DNA of 64,000 nt from Eledone cirrhosa (taxonomy: Eukaryota). How positions within the stretch are numbered: the stretch's first letter is position 1; each line of letters starts with the position of its first letter. Under the pieces are notes generated by a model. That model saw only the letters and a list, made by a program, of their open reading frames with translations. It did no database searches and was not told where the DNA came from. This document shows, piece by piece, positions 28,276 through 41,879 of this stretch. A program made the position numbers and the translations under genes. Location: NCBI GenBank assembly GCA_964016885.1, contig OZ024742.1, forward strand, positions 314,712,001 to 314,776,000. The letters run 5' to 3'.

Positions 28276-28654
28276 TAGGACACTGGAAGGTAACATCCGT
28301 AAGGGTAGACCACTCAGTCCATGGGACGAGTTAGGTAGAAATGGTTACACAACAGTTAGTTCACCATACCGAGAGCAATTGTTTCACCTTACGGGTCCTC
28401 AGCTCGTTATGGACCATTGCGAGTTAAGGATCTGCTAAGGTGAAACAATTGTTCACGGTATGGTGAACTAACTGTTGTGTAACCACTTATATCTATATAT
28501 ATATATATAATTATGCATGCCAGATTTCACAACACTAGCATATGTATATATATATATATTTCGTTTCTGAATTTGTTTAGCAAGATTCTTTATCTGAAAA
28601 CGTGTGTTGAAACCGATATTGTTATACTTTGGGAGGGTCATGTTGCCAATAAGA

Positions 28655-28717
<63 letters not shown>

Positions 28718-29511
28718 GAGATGAAAGACACAGAAGAGTGTTTTTTTCTTTACAGGAATTTTAATCCACCAGCGTGAAGAGAACATCAGCTACAAGAGGC
28801 CTAGGAAAAACATTAAAATTAAAAGTATAATTTGAAATGAGAAGGGCCCAGGAAATCTCTTTCCTTTGAGCTCATTTAATTACAGGATTATACGCGAGTC
28901 CTTTGCTCCGTTATTTTACTATGTATATATATATATGCTAGGGTTGCGAAATGTGGCATGCATTAATTTTAAATATATACATATATATATATTTATGCTA
29001 GGGTTGTGAAATCTGGTATGCATTAATTTAAACGCTTCTAAATAATAAGTGCACTGTTTCTTTCCATGAACTATGTTGAAACATAAACTTCATTTGATTA
29101 TCCCTCTAATATATCCTGGTCAGTCTATGAATTTTGCAGCCGACCCTCGAACATTTTAAATAACTTTCAACAGGATCGCTTATAATATGGAAATTACCAC
29201 GTCTATTTTAGGATACTACTATACTAAATATGTTAAGGCGTATAACCCCTTTACTTATTCCCTTCTCGTAACTTAGATTATATACGCACTTTCTGATGAA
29301 GGCATAATAAAACGTGTCCTTCTGCTTACCAAACTCATCACTCCTGAAAAGAAATACGTGATTGGCATGCTCATATGTCTATATACGAAAAGTGTGAAAA
29401 TGTATATACAAATTTACGCTGTTTCGATTAATTATATTTTGCATATATAAAAATATATCTTCATCATATACTTTGATTGCTTGGCGCAAAAACGTATAAA
29501 TATATATACAC

Positions 29512-29606
<95 letters not shown>

Positions 29607-30339
29607 ATTGATTTCATTGTCTCGATCGGGAATTTTTTTTTAATCACGCCAATCAATATATAGCAATATAGCAGACAAATGAATACCTTAATCTGACAAA
29701 TGGTAATCTTATTATCAAAAACCAATGTTGCAAATCTTAATTCTGTTATATTTGAATCGTTATCGATGTGGAATTGTGAACTGGTTGACTTTTGAAATGA
29801 AGAATTACCAGATATAAATATTGACGTAATGAATAAAATGTTAGAAAAATAAATTAAACACGCTTTAAAAACATTAAAAGCGAATAATCTTTTTGAAAAG
29901 ATATGGAAGATCTACTATTTACAGAAAGTATACGGTGGCATTGTGATGTTTATAACTTTTTTAAGTGGTGCATTAGTGATGCATTCAACGTGTGAATGTT
30001 TCCAACCGAAATTTTAAACATTGATTTCAGTAAAATCGTAGATTTTGACTATGAAATCTTAAAATATATATCACCTATATTTACATTAATTTAACTATAT
30101 GAATTATTTAACTATATACATATATGTTAATGGTTGGCTATAGAATTATAGGAATACGAATAACAAAGAATAATATATTTTTATATGTTGTGTTTCCATT
30201 ATGTATTAAAGTCGTATTATATGTATTCATTTTACTTGCACTGAAGTCGTACCACTAAAGCCATAGGCTAATTAAATGGCTGCTATCATATGAAATGACA
30301 GGGGCATGAGAAGAGGAAATACATGACATCCGAACGACT

Positions 30340-30540
30340 ATCATCCACCTGCAACTAACAGACCCTCCTCCTGTTGGTCCCGGATGACAGGGTGGAGAAT
30401 ACATTGCCTGGAAGTACGGCAAGAGAGACGTGCTGGAACTGCCACCCCACATTACTGGGCTCGCAACTGCTAGCAGCCAACTCTGCTCCAGTGTGTAGGG
30501 ATATGGAGCCAAGAACGCCCCAAAATGCCACTGATATCTA
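30340..30540 (-). mobile_element. Decayed C-terminal fragment of an RLE (CRE-like) retrotransposon
   Basis: GVLGS...WQFQHVSLAVLPGN resembles the QRxSxAxxRGNA terminus; frameshifted. Confidence 0.45.
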
Positions 30541-31125
30541 TCCAATAAAGATATGTAATTAAGGCATAAAAATATTGACAAATCTATCTAGTAAAGTGTT
30601 GGGTTAAGAATATTTGATTTGAACATCAAAAGATTGGGTGTTTAGTTGGAGCAGGGTATATTCCAACTTATATCTCTAATTCTACTCCGCCCAGAACCAA
30701 CAGCACTAATCACCTGTTAATGATAAGTTCTGATGACACTGTGATAAACAGGTGAAGTTCTAGAGTAACAAGAATCAATATTTAGACTTAATAAAATGAA
30801 TATTTAAACTCTTCTTAGATATTAAGCACTATTTTCTCTCAGTCGTCAGCCACACACATATATATAGGGCCCGGATTCATTAGAGGGTAACCACAGTTAG
30901 TAAGGTACTCAATAAACTAGTAGAATGAAAAGATCACATTTAATATAGAAATGGATTCTACAGGACTAGAACTCTTTCATTCAAAAGAAATCATTAGGAA
31001 AGCCCGATTATTTATTTCGAATGTTTCATTCGTATGTAATCATTCAGGGAAATCAGGCATTTACTAGGAATGATTATTGGGAGAAGAAGAAGAAGAAGAA
31101 GAAGAAGAAGAAGAAGAAGAAGAAG

Positions 31126-31157
<32 letters not shown>

Positions 31158-31331
31158 GCTTGTGTGTCGGGGTGAGCCGAAATTATATTAAGGATGAGAT
31201 TCAGAGAATTATGTTGTCTTGTAGCTTACTTCAAACCATTTTGGAATTCACTCCACACATGATTAGTTTTTTGTCTCATGGTCAGGTTGTTTGCCAAAAT
31301 AAAATATGACTCTTCATAAAAAATGTATTTG

Positions 31332-31403
<72 letters not shown>

Positions 31404-31662
31404 CGCGCGTGTGCGTGTTTGTGTGTATGTTTGTATGTATGTGCGTTCGTGCGTGTGTGTGTATGCGTGGATTTGTGTGTGTCTGAGTCTCGGGTTCAAT
31501 CGGGGGTAACCACAGCAAGTACGGTACTCAATATATTAGTGTATTTTATATAGATATGGCTTCTACGGGATTTCCCTGATGATTCCCTTCAAATGAAACA
31601 GTTTTAGCCCTGTAGAAGCTATTTCTATATTAAATTTGATATATATATATATATATAATTTG

Positions 31663-31704
<42 letters not shown>

Positions 31705-31762
31705 CGATATATATATATATATTTATATATATATATATATGCATAGGTTATATCGTAGCTAT

Positions 31763-31806
31763 ACCGTCCTGACGAAGGCCAGTTAAGCCTGAAATGCATA
31801 GACGGT
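31763..31806 (+). ncRNA. Minimal type I hammerhead ribozyme (predicted cleavage after 31800)
   Basis: ACCGTC-CTGACGA-AGGC cagttaa GCCT-GAAA-TGCA-TA-GACGGT; all core nucleotides present. Confidence 0.88.
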
Positions 31807-32085
31807 TGCCCCCCTTGCTTCTGCTGGACATCACCAGAGGGCGTTAGTCCCCCGGTATTTGCATAGCTACGGCTTCCTAAAACCGTATTTCCTTGGAGAT
31901 ACGAAATACTTATACATATTGTATAAAGCTATGCTTGAAGCGAAATCCTATTTCCTTTTTTATTATAGGTTGAGCCAACTTATGCAGCTTGATATGCAAA
32001 TGAGATTAATCACCTCATTTACACAGACAAGAAATGTATATATTCTCGGCTGTCTTCTAGTCCAGCAGTCGCAAGCGTGGGAGGG

Positions 32086-32129
32086 ATCGTCCTGACGAAG
32101 GCCAGTTAAGCCTGAAATGCATAGACGGT
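32086..32129 (+). ncRNA. Minimal type I hammerhead ribozyme (predicted cleavage after 32123)
   Basis: ATCGTC-CTGACGA-AGGC cagttaa GCCT-GAAA-TGCA-TA-GACGGT. Confidence 0.88.
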
Positions 32130-32241
32130 TGCCCCCCTTGCTTCTGCTGGACATCACCAGAGGGCGTTACCCCCCCCCCCCCCGATGTTTGCATAGCTAC
32201 GGCTTCCTAAAACCGTATTTCCTTGGAGATACGAAATAATT

Positions 32242-32280
<39 letters not shown>

Positions 32281-32900
32281 TAGTACATCTACCAACATAT
32301 GTGTACAGATGTACACTCATGCTAGCAAATATATAAGTTATGTCTTAGTACCTATGTGGTTCTATGCAGGTGAATGCAGAACAATTATATGAAAGACGTA
32401 AAATAAGAAAATTTTCAAAATTAAAAATCAAATTACTTACTAAAATTAAATTTTAGTAAGTAAGTTGATTTTTAATTTTTAAAATGTTCATATTTTACGT
32501 CTTTCATATATATATATATATTCAAATTTAATATAGAAATGGCTTCTACAGGGCTAGAACTGTTTCATTCGAAGGGAATCATCTGGTAAACCCCGTAGAA
32601 GCCATATCTATATAAAATACACTAATATATTGAGTACCATGCTTGCTGTGATTACCCCCGATTGAACCCGTGACTCAGACACACACAAACCCACACATAC
32701 ACACACACGCGCGAATGCACACAAACACACGCATACACACACATGTATGTATATATTTATATATATGTATATATATATATACACATATATATAAACATAT
32801 ACACACATGTGTATGTATGTATATATTTATACATATGTATATATATATATATATATACACATATATATAAATATATACATACATACGTATATGTATGTAA

Positions 32901-32974
<74 letters not shown>

Positions 32975-35331
32975 ACACTCATATATACCTACATACATAC
33001 GTAAGTATTTGTCTATCGGTAACTCTATTGATTATAAAGAAAATAAATTAATATTATTAATGTGAAATATAAGGCAAAACACACTTACACGCACACACGA
33101 ATATATGTATATGTATATATATGTGTGTGTGTGCCTGTGTGTGCGTGTATGTGTATGTGTGCGTATGTATGTGTATGTGTGTGTGTGTGTGTGTGTACCT
33201 GTCTGTGCGTGTGTGTGTGTGTGTGTGTGTGCGTGTATGTGTGTGTGTCTGTGTGTAATTTAAATAATAATATAATGTAATTTAATTTACGTGTGAGCTG
33301 ATTTAGATGTGGTTATATAAATACATATGTATAATGTCTAAATTCATGTTGGTGTACGCTGGTATATACATTCAGTATATAAGTAAAATATATATGTATA
33401 TTTTAATAAGATGTGCATCTGGAACAAAGATATTATTTAGAATCTAGTAGATCTACATTAAGGAGTCTCAGCATACATGCAAATGCAATGAGATATATGA
33501 GCTTCTCGAGATACCAATAAATAGATATAATAATTAGGTATATACATACATTATTTAGTAAAATCAGGAATATGAGTCAATGCAAATACTAAAAATGATC
33601 ATCTTCAATGTATATGTGACAGTTATAGAGTATTAATTAAGTAAGAACAAATTCACACACATTGCGGACGTAGCTCATGTATAATCTGATCGAAAGTGAC
33701 ATTCAGACTTTTTTTAATTAATCAGAAACGTAATGCGTAAACTAAAAATCGTCCCTGGTTGATTAGCCGGTATCTTCTTTAAAACTCGAGTACTAGTCAA
33801 GCGTGATAAATGTATTGGATATGTATTTATAACGTTCCCTTGTGTCTCCATGGAAGAGAATTCCGGGGTTGATCTATGAATAGCGTCTTAGATTACTGTG
33901 TATATTAAATTCAATTTTAACTCTCGCAGATTTTACTTTACTCGCCCTCATACTACATAGTGTACTACACTATATCTAAACGATCTATAGTCTGTCTTAA
34001 GCCAGAAGTCTCGTTAAGTCGGTGCTTATCGCGGTTTCATGGCGTGTAGCGACTGAGAGCACAAGACTTCCCCCTGGCCAGGGCGCCAGTCCATCGCAGG
34101 CATAAAACCACATAAAATTTGAAATAATAATGCCAACTTTATTAACAGAAAATAAAATATTCAATTTCAAATATTGGCAAACTAAAAGCGACAAAAATTA
34201 TACAGCCCCGAACTAGTTTCTCCTATAAATCTTTTGATGAATGTATTTTATCCCATAATATTCAATATTATACTATATTTTAAGTTTCTCATATTTTAAC
34301 TTGTAAATTTTCATCTAATGTAAGAACTAACGTTATGCAATATTTTCCAATTAAACTTTTATATATCAACGAATAATTTCATCTTTGTGTTTTTAATCGT
34401 ATCAAATCATTCTCTTGACATTTTAAATCTAACAGAAAAAATTATCAATGTAACGGAAAATATATCAGAAATATGTCTGTCACATTTCGTTGTTGACAGG
34501 AAAAAAATAATCGAATAAAATGCCAAATTCATTTGAACAATACCTGCAATGAAAAATTATAAAAGAAAATGGTACGAAGTCATATTACCATAACCATTGT
34601 CCTTGACACGTTAAAATTAATAAATATATGTACCCTTAATACCAGTAATACAATGAATCAATGTGCATCTGATTAAAGAATATATAAGCACTAAGATACG
34701 TCTATTTATCCCTATGAAGGTTTGTATAAATAAAACAATATTTGTATATTTAATGAGTAATTGTATAACTACAACAAATTGCACAAAATGTAAATTATTC
34801 ATTTTCATAATGCATACGTTGTTCAATTCTATGGAATGTTTGTGCATGTTACCTGTTTCATTTGAACATTTTATATGCTTCGGTGAATCATTGCTTTCTC
34901 TGCTAAACACATTTCTTATCATTCTTACTATTTATCTAGTTTGGCAACTTCTTCACACCAGTAAGTTATATTTCCATATAGTAATACATTGTTTTTATTT
35001 CTATTCAATTATTACTCAGTTGTAAGTATAACTCCTCCTATCATCCATAGGCCACTTATATCGATTATCATGGTTTGTGTTTTACTAACAAAGACACAAC
35101 CCCATATTATTATTATCATTAATATAATAATAATTATTATTATTATCAATGTCATTATTATTATTACCATTTTGTTTTCCATTATCATTGGTATCATTAT
35201 TATTATTATTCTATTGTTGTTGTTGCTGTTTTAATTCTGTTGGTCTGATTTCTTTGTACCATGTGGAAATATAGGGCAAATATTTAAGTAATTAATTGAC
35301 TACTCACAGCCTAATTACTTAAACATTTCAG

Positions 35332-35387
35332 TTACTTACCCGATAACCTTCGCCGGCTGACCACTGCGCAAATTATATTCCCATATT
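35332..35387 (-). CDS. Probable Hv channel C-terminal exon (EYGNIICAVVSRRRLS-GK*)
   Basis: Acceptor ttattcctgctgctcAG is in phase with the previous exon. It either splices onward at GTaagt (35339-35338, 48-nt symmetric exon) or reads through to TAA at 35334-35332. No homology support. Confidence 0.5.
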
Positions 35388-35591
35388 CTGAGCAGCAGGA
35401 ATAAGAGAAGATGCTAAGGGAGTAATGACTAATTTCAATAAATAATTTAAACAACAGATAAACATCCACAAGCATAACTGTAAACAACAAAATCATAAAA
35501 TAAGATATTAATAATAATAAGAAAAGCAAGAAGAAAAAGAAACAAAAAAGAAAACAAGAAAGAAGGGCTTGGTGCATTGTTAGGCACATAC

Positions 35592-35682
35592 CTTTAGGTT
35601 CTTCTTGATAGAGGCACTGGTTAATTTGACTGTCAGTTATTCCATGTGATACACATAATTTTCGTAAACTATCAATTTGCGT
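35592..35682 (-). CDS. Hv channel exon, end of coiled coil (TQIDSLRKLCVSHGITDSQINQCLYQEEPK)
   Basis: tctttcatatttttacAG / GTatgt, 91 nt, phase 0-1. QIDSLRKLCVSHGI parallels Hv1 EIERLNKLLRQHGL. Confidence 0.85.
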
Positions 35683-36099
35683 CTGTAAAAATATGAAAGA
35701 AAGGTAAGAAAAATAATTATTTTAACAGAAGTGTGATCTGTAGAATATGCATGAAACGGTTATTTTTTTTATTAGGAATCAGGAAATCAAATAGAACATT
35801 AAATAGGAAACAATAATAACAAAGATGCCGAAATCTTTGGAAAATGTTATTTGTCTTTTATGTATTTCAGCAAAAAAAAAGAAAATTTCCTTTAAAAAAC
35901 ATTAAAGTTCAAAGGAACATATAGAGATGTGGTTGTAAATTATGGTGGTGTGTTGAATTATCAAGGATAATTTTATATTTCTAACGTAAGACTTCAATAT
36001 AATTGTTATTTTCAATATATTCGCCATTCTATGTCAATTATTTATTTAAATAATGTGTGTCATTTGTATAGTACCGTCCAGATATGCTGTTATTATTTT

Positions 36100-36610
36100 A
36101 ACGGGTGGATTGGCAATAGAGGGTCGGACGCCATACTTTCCAGCATAGTTACGTCCCTTTACGATCTGAGTTCAAATCCCGCCGAGGTTGACTTTGCCTT
36201 TCATCCTTACGGGGTCGATAAAATAAAGTACCAGTAATGTACTGAGAAATTGCTGGCCTTGTGCCAAAAGTAGAAACAATTATTTTAACGGTGGATTGGC
36301 AGTATCGGTAGAGTGTCGGACGCCATGCTTTGCAGCAAAGACTTGCAGCTCTTTATTGTCTGAGGTCAAATCCCGCCGAGGTTAACTTTGCCTTTCCTCC
36401 GTACGAGGTCGGTAAAATAAAGTACCAGTAATACACTGAGAAAATTTGCTGGCCTTGTGCCAAAAGTAGAAACAATTATTTTAATCATGTTCAAATACCG
36501 CCGAATTTAACTTTGCCTTTCATCCTTACTCGGTCGATAAAATAAAGCACCAGTAATGCATTGAGATAATTGCTGGGCTTGTGCCAAAAGTAGAAACAAT
36601 TATTTTAATC
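36100..36610 (+). mobile_element. Tandem array of three tRNA-derived SINE copies
   Basis: Repeated gttcaaatcccgccgaggtt.actttgcctttcatcc...gtaccagta...ggccttgtgccaaaagtagaaac. Confidence 0.85.
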
Positions 36611-37578
36611 ATGTCCATTTGTTAGTCAAGGATTATGAATAGAAAACATACCACAGAAAACTTATCATCAAACTTACAACATCAAAGTCTCTGGAAAAAT
36701 AAATTTAGTGTCGTGGCATTCCTTCGTCAGAGCTACATCTCTGAATTGTGAGAGTTTACTTGGAAGCTTAAGTTGTCACCTATTATTTTATAAACCCTAG
36801 TAGTTTAATGATGTTTGTCCTGGGCTCCTCATCCGTCCGACAGCTGTCTGCTTAACTTTGCCTTTCATCCTTAAGGCAGGTGCAGGGATCGATTTAATCG
36901 ACTTTCCCCTCTCCAAAAATTGCTGGCCTTATGCCTTTATAAGAAACCATCATATATGGTGGCCGTATTACTATCTGCCACCTGCGGTATGACTCTAGCA
37001 GAACAGCTCTGCCGAAAACCTCTCCTTTCTCACAAAACAAGTCATGTCGGTAAACTCAACACTCGTGGCATGGATATGAATACAATAATGTGCGACAGAA
37101 TAAGAGAGACACATTATACAGGAGAGACTGAATTGAGGCTGCACGAGACCGACTGACAAAATAAAGCTTATAACAGGGTAGATTCTTCTAGACAAACAAT
37201 AGCCGCCGGCATTTTGATAAACCCGAGGTTATGGTGGTAGTCTTTTGCTGTGAAATGGAAGGAAACCTGGTTACCTATTCATTGGGAGGGAACCTCTTGC
37301 CTATACCCATAAAATATATTAATATTATCTTTGGCTTTACGAATCGACATTAGAAACTAATATTTTCATTCACATATATTCCCAACTTATTCATCAGCAT
37401 TGATATTAGAGGATCAATTGTATTATAAATTCATGTTTTTTTAATTAACTGACCTACACAATAATATCATAATTATTCATAATCATCTGTTCTAGTTCAG
37501 ATGCCAATAACGTTCAGACTTCATAATAGATTTCCGTAGTTTTCATTGGAAAAACATATTTGATATTATGAAAACCAG

Positions 37579-37638
<60 letters not shown>

Positions 37639-37641
<3 letters not shown>

Positions 37642-38409
37642 CTGGTTGGTGAGAGCAATAACTAAATAAAGTTATTGGTACAAGTAAAATAGCGTGAAGC
37701 GAGCGAGACATGTAAACAAACAAAGATGGTATTGCAACGGAAAGATAGGAAGAGACAAGTACATGATATCTGTAAGCTTAAGCTAGGTGAATTCATGGAC
37801 GAGAGATACAGACCATCCGACAAGGGTGAGTGTGAGCGAGAAAAGGATTTCACACAGGTCAAACGGGAGGAAGTGAGAGAGGGGGAGAAGCAGGGAATGA
37901 GTGAGTGGAAGTGTGAGGAAGAGGCCAGTCGATAGACAGTGTGACTGAAGGACTACTTTTATTCATATGCAACCCATGTGCAACCACGCATCACTCCATT
38001 CTTCTTATATTTATATTTTTTCCTCAGCTGCGATTGTCTGTTTCTTTCTTACTGCTTCCCCTCTCTCTGTATCTCTCACCTTTTTTTTACCCCCTCTGCC
38101 AGTCACACTCTCTCTCGGCTGGCGTCTTCCTCACACTTCCACTCACTCACTCCCTGCTTCTCCCCCTCTCTCACTTCCTCCCGTTTGACCTGTGTGAAAT
38201 ACTTTTCTCGCTCACATCTCACCCTTGTCGGATGGTCTGTATCTCTCGTCCATGAATTCCCCAAGCTTAAGCTTACAGATATCATGTACTTGTCTCTTCC
38301 TATATTTCCGTTGCAACACCATCGTTGTTTGTTTACATGTCTCGCTCGTTTCACCCTATTTTACTTGACCCAATAACTTTATTTTGTTATTGCTCTCACC
38401 AACCAGAGG
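37639..38409. mobile_element. MITE/foldback element with TIRs of about 310 bp, flanked by TA
   Basis: 37639-37947 is the reverse complement of 38100-38409 with scattered mismatches; ends TA|CCTCTGG ... CCAGAGG|TA. Confidence 0.85.
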
Positions 38410-38929
38410 TATATTATTTTTAAAGCGATTAAATAACAATGAAAGTTGGAAGATCACTGATGAAGGACTAATTTTATTCATATATATATATATGCGTGTG
38501 TACGTGTGTGTGTGACTATGTGTGTGAATATACACACAAGCATACATGTATACACATACATGTATATATATACATATATATAAATAAACACACATATATA
38601 TGCGTATGACTGTTTATGAGTGTGTATTTATTTCTATGTGTAATATGTATGTAACTCAGTATTGTCTTAAATTCGCTAAAATGACTGAAAAGAGATCAAA
38701 TGTTGAATGCCAACAAGGATTTTAAAAAGCGACTGACAATGACAAAAATATGAATTATTAATGTAAGACCAACTGACAATTATATAATATTCATACAACG
38801 ATGACAATATTAAATAGTATCGCATGATTAAGAAAAATACAATTTATATCATAACGGAAATAATGAGATCTACCATTTTAATGACACCTGTCAATTTATT
38901 TTGTTTTAAAATTCTCTTGTAATTGGTAT

Positions 38930-41280
38930 TCATTTCATTTCATTTGAGTTTGAGTCCATGCTCAGGCCAAGTCGAAGACTCCACCCTCGGAGTCTGGTGT
39001 GGTTGCCAGGTTGGATTCTCTGTTTAATTTTGACATGTGTAGGAGCGAGTTTGAGTCAGTTTGTGCTCGTTGTGTATATCCTGGGAGATGGGGTTCATCT
39101 CTAATGGTGCTTATGTATCTATCCAGCTGCAATTTGAATGATTCCACACTGCATCCTGATAGATTTCTGACATGTACCGGAATGGAGTTGAATAGTTGTG
39201 CCCCTCGAACCAACAGACTTGACTCTCGCAGGGTTTTTGCTGCCTGGCCAGCCCTTTTGTTGATTGGTGTTAGCTGGCAGCGTCTTCCGTGGCGCAGTGA
39301 GTGGTAGGTTTTGATACCAAAGTTTGGCACCTTTTGCTCTATCATTTTCCAAATGTATATAATTCGGTATCGCTCAAATCTTCTTTCTATTGAGTACATC
39401 TTCAAGGTTTTGAGTCTTTGCCAATAGTCCAGGTCCCTCGTTTCTGAGAAGTATCAAGTAAAATTTCTTTGGAGCGATTCCATCTTAGTTAGTTGGCCCT
39501 TTGTTGTTGGTGACCACAACTGAGAACAGTAGTCAATCCTCGGAAGTACCATACTGTTCCAGAGGGTTTTCATTGTTGAGGTATCTCTTGATTTGAAGGT
39601 GCGCAAGATCCACCCGCTGTACTTTCTTGCAGTAAGACAGACTGAGTCAAGGTGTTCTCTGAATTTTAGGCTGGTTCCCATGTGGATGCCTAAATCTTTC
39701 ACACACTGTTTTCCCATTATTTTTTGTCCTGATGGGTTTCTGTAGTTTGTTGTATTTTTCAGATCTTGATCTGTTCCGTAGCGAATTAGTTCAAACTTCT
39801 TATCATTGAACAACATGTTGTTTGTTTCTTGCCATTTGTATATGGTGGTTAGGTCCTTTTGTAAGGCCTCTGTATCCACCTCGTCTTTGATTTGTCTCAT
39901 GACCCTGGTGTCATCAGCAAATGATGAAACGTTGCTGGTTGTATCTTCATCTATGTCAGAGATGAGGATGAGAAACAGGATCGGGCCGAGTACTGTACCC
40001 TGAGGAACACTGCTGGTCACAGGTGATGGTGTTGAATGGGTTCAATTCACAGTGACTGTTTGAGTTCTATTTGTAAGGAACTCATCTATCCATGTACCAA
40101 CTTTTCCTCCTACTCCTAGCTTTCGAAGTTTGATGCTCAGGATGCCATGATCTACCTTGTCAAATACCTTGGCAAAGTCGAGGTAAATAACATCTGTGTT
40201 GTATCCATTCTCTAGATTTTCTAGGATTTGGTCATGGTGTGCCAGTAGTTGGGAAAGACATGATCTACCTAACCTGAATCCATGCTGATTGCAATTCATC
40301 AGATTGTTGGATTCCAGGAACTCAACCAGTTTTCCACGAACTATTCTTTCGAAGACCTTGATAATGTGTGATGTCAGTGAGATTGGTCGGTAGTTCTTTG
40401 GTTTTGATTTGCTGTCCCCTTTATGTATTGGACTTATGTGTGCTTCTTTATATGTATTTGGTATTTTGCCATTCTCCATAGATTCCTTCCATATCATGTA
40501 AAGGGGTTTCAACAATTGTACCTTGCAGTTTTTAAGTATCATGGCATTGAAACCATCAGACCCCGCAGCCGAGTGCATGGAGAGCTTGTCTATGGCTCAT
40601 TCTATGTCTTCTGGGTTGAAATCAATGTCGGATAGGGTAGGTTTAGTATGGTCGATATCCTTGAAGAATTCTCCTGGGTCATGGATCTTCATGGTTTTAG
40701 ATGGCTCACTGAAGACACCTTCATACTGTTGACCCAACATTTCTGCCATTTCAATAGGGTTATTCACTACATCCCCATTTTGTCTCTGGAGAGGTCCTAT
40801 TGTTGACTTGGTATTCGAATATTTCTTTGCAAAACTGTAGAAACATTTTGGATTTTTCTTGATGTTTTCTATGGCTCTCTTTTCTGCATTGTTACGTTCT
40901 TCATCATAGTGTTGTTTTAGATTGTCTTCTAATCTGTATATTTGGTCAAGGACTTTCTGTAGTTCATGTTTTGATGTCAGCTTAGATGTTTTGTTGTTTA
41001 GTCTTGACCTTTTGCGCATCAGGATCTTTCGCTCCCGTGGTACAGGTTTTTTTGTGGATTTGGTTTTCTTAAGAGGAATATTTTTTGCACATATTTCTTC
41101 GATCTTGTTTAAGAATTTCTTGTGTTTATCTGGCCCAGTAAGGTAGAGATCCCAGTCAATGATTTGTAACTGGTTGTTAATAGTTTCCCAATTTGCCTGG
41201 TGATAATCATACCTGCATAGTTTTGGCATGTCCTTTTTTTTAAGAGTTGTGGCATTGCGCTCATTACCAATGTGTAAATG
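38930..41280 (-). mobile_element. 5'-truncated CR1-group LINE (RT domain, frameshifted)
   Basis: NYRPISLTS, QHGFR, YLDFAKVFDKVDH, VPQGTVLGP, SFADDT, KDLG, IDYCSQLWSP; 3' (ATGAA)n tail at about 38930-38945. Confidence 0.92.
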
Positions 41281-41879
41281 TATTTCTTGTTTTCGGATAA
41301 AGACCCTGGATATTTGCTGTTATTATGCTTATTAAGTATGTTTTTCTAACTTCTAGACATTCTTAAATTGAAAACAACAAAACAAAGATTAAAAAGAAAG
41401 CAAGATTATATAATTCATTTTCGTTCCATAATGAAAATAAAAGAAGGAGAATTCAACCTTATTAGTTAAAGAAATCTCTCTGAATAATTTAAGTAATAAG
41501 GCTTGTCGAATCATGTTTCTCGGAAAATATGTGAAGTCATATATAAGCCATGCTTTGGCTATTATATCTAATTTAAAATTCTTATCGACATTTGAAAATG
41601 TATAATCGCTACTCATGCCATAAAGTATAAGCTTTTGATGCATAATTTAGAAAAGAATATAATTGTAATATTCTGTTAATTGATCTACGTGTTAGCTGCA
41701 ATAAAAGTTTAACACATATATTGTTTTCTGAAAGAGTATCTTGTACTATGCAACCTTCTGCATATATGATTGTCCTTCTCTCTCCTGTTTTCATTTGCTT
41801 ATTTGCTTATTAACTTAATATTATTTATATTTTATATCAACAGATATTTTTGTTCATCTTTTGTAAATTATGATTTCTT

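Larger units (their letters stand above)
31763..32250 (+). mobile_element. Retrozyme-like / non-autonomous PLE unit: 323-nt monomer with about 155-nt terminal direct repeat
   Basis: 31765-31918 repeated at 32088-32249; each repeat starts with an intact hammerhead; no ORF. Confidence 0.8.

Noticed and set aside
30255-30581. Candidate last exon of the Hv gene
   Set aside because: Better explained as a decayed RLE retrotransposon terminus; weak acceptor and no channel homology.
31080-31155. Poly-Arg ORF
   Set aside because: (GAA)n microsatellite.
34617-35260. Asn-rich or other downstream Hv exon
   Set aside because: AAT microsatellite-derived sequence; phase-1 acceptors lead to stops within a few codons.
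36100-36610. tRNA gene or CRISPR-like array
   Set aside because: A/B boxes belong to SINE heads without a full cloverleaf; the repeats are tandem SINEs with no unique spacers in a eukaryotic context.
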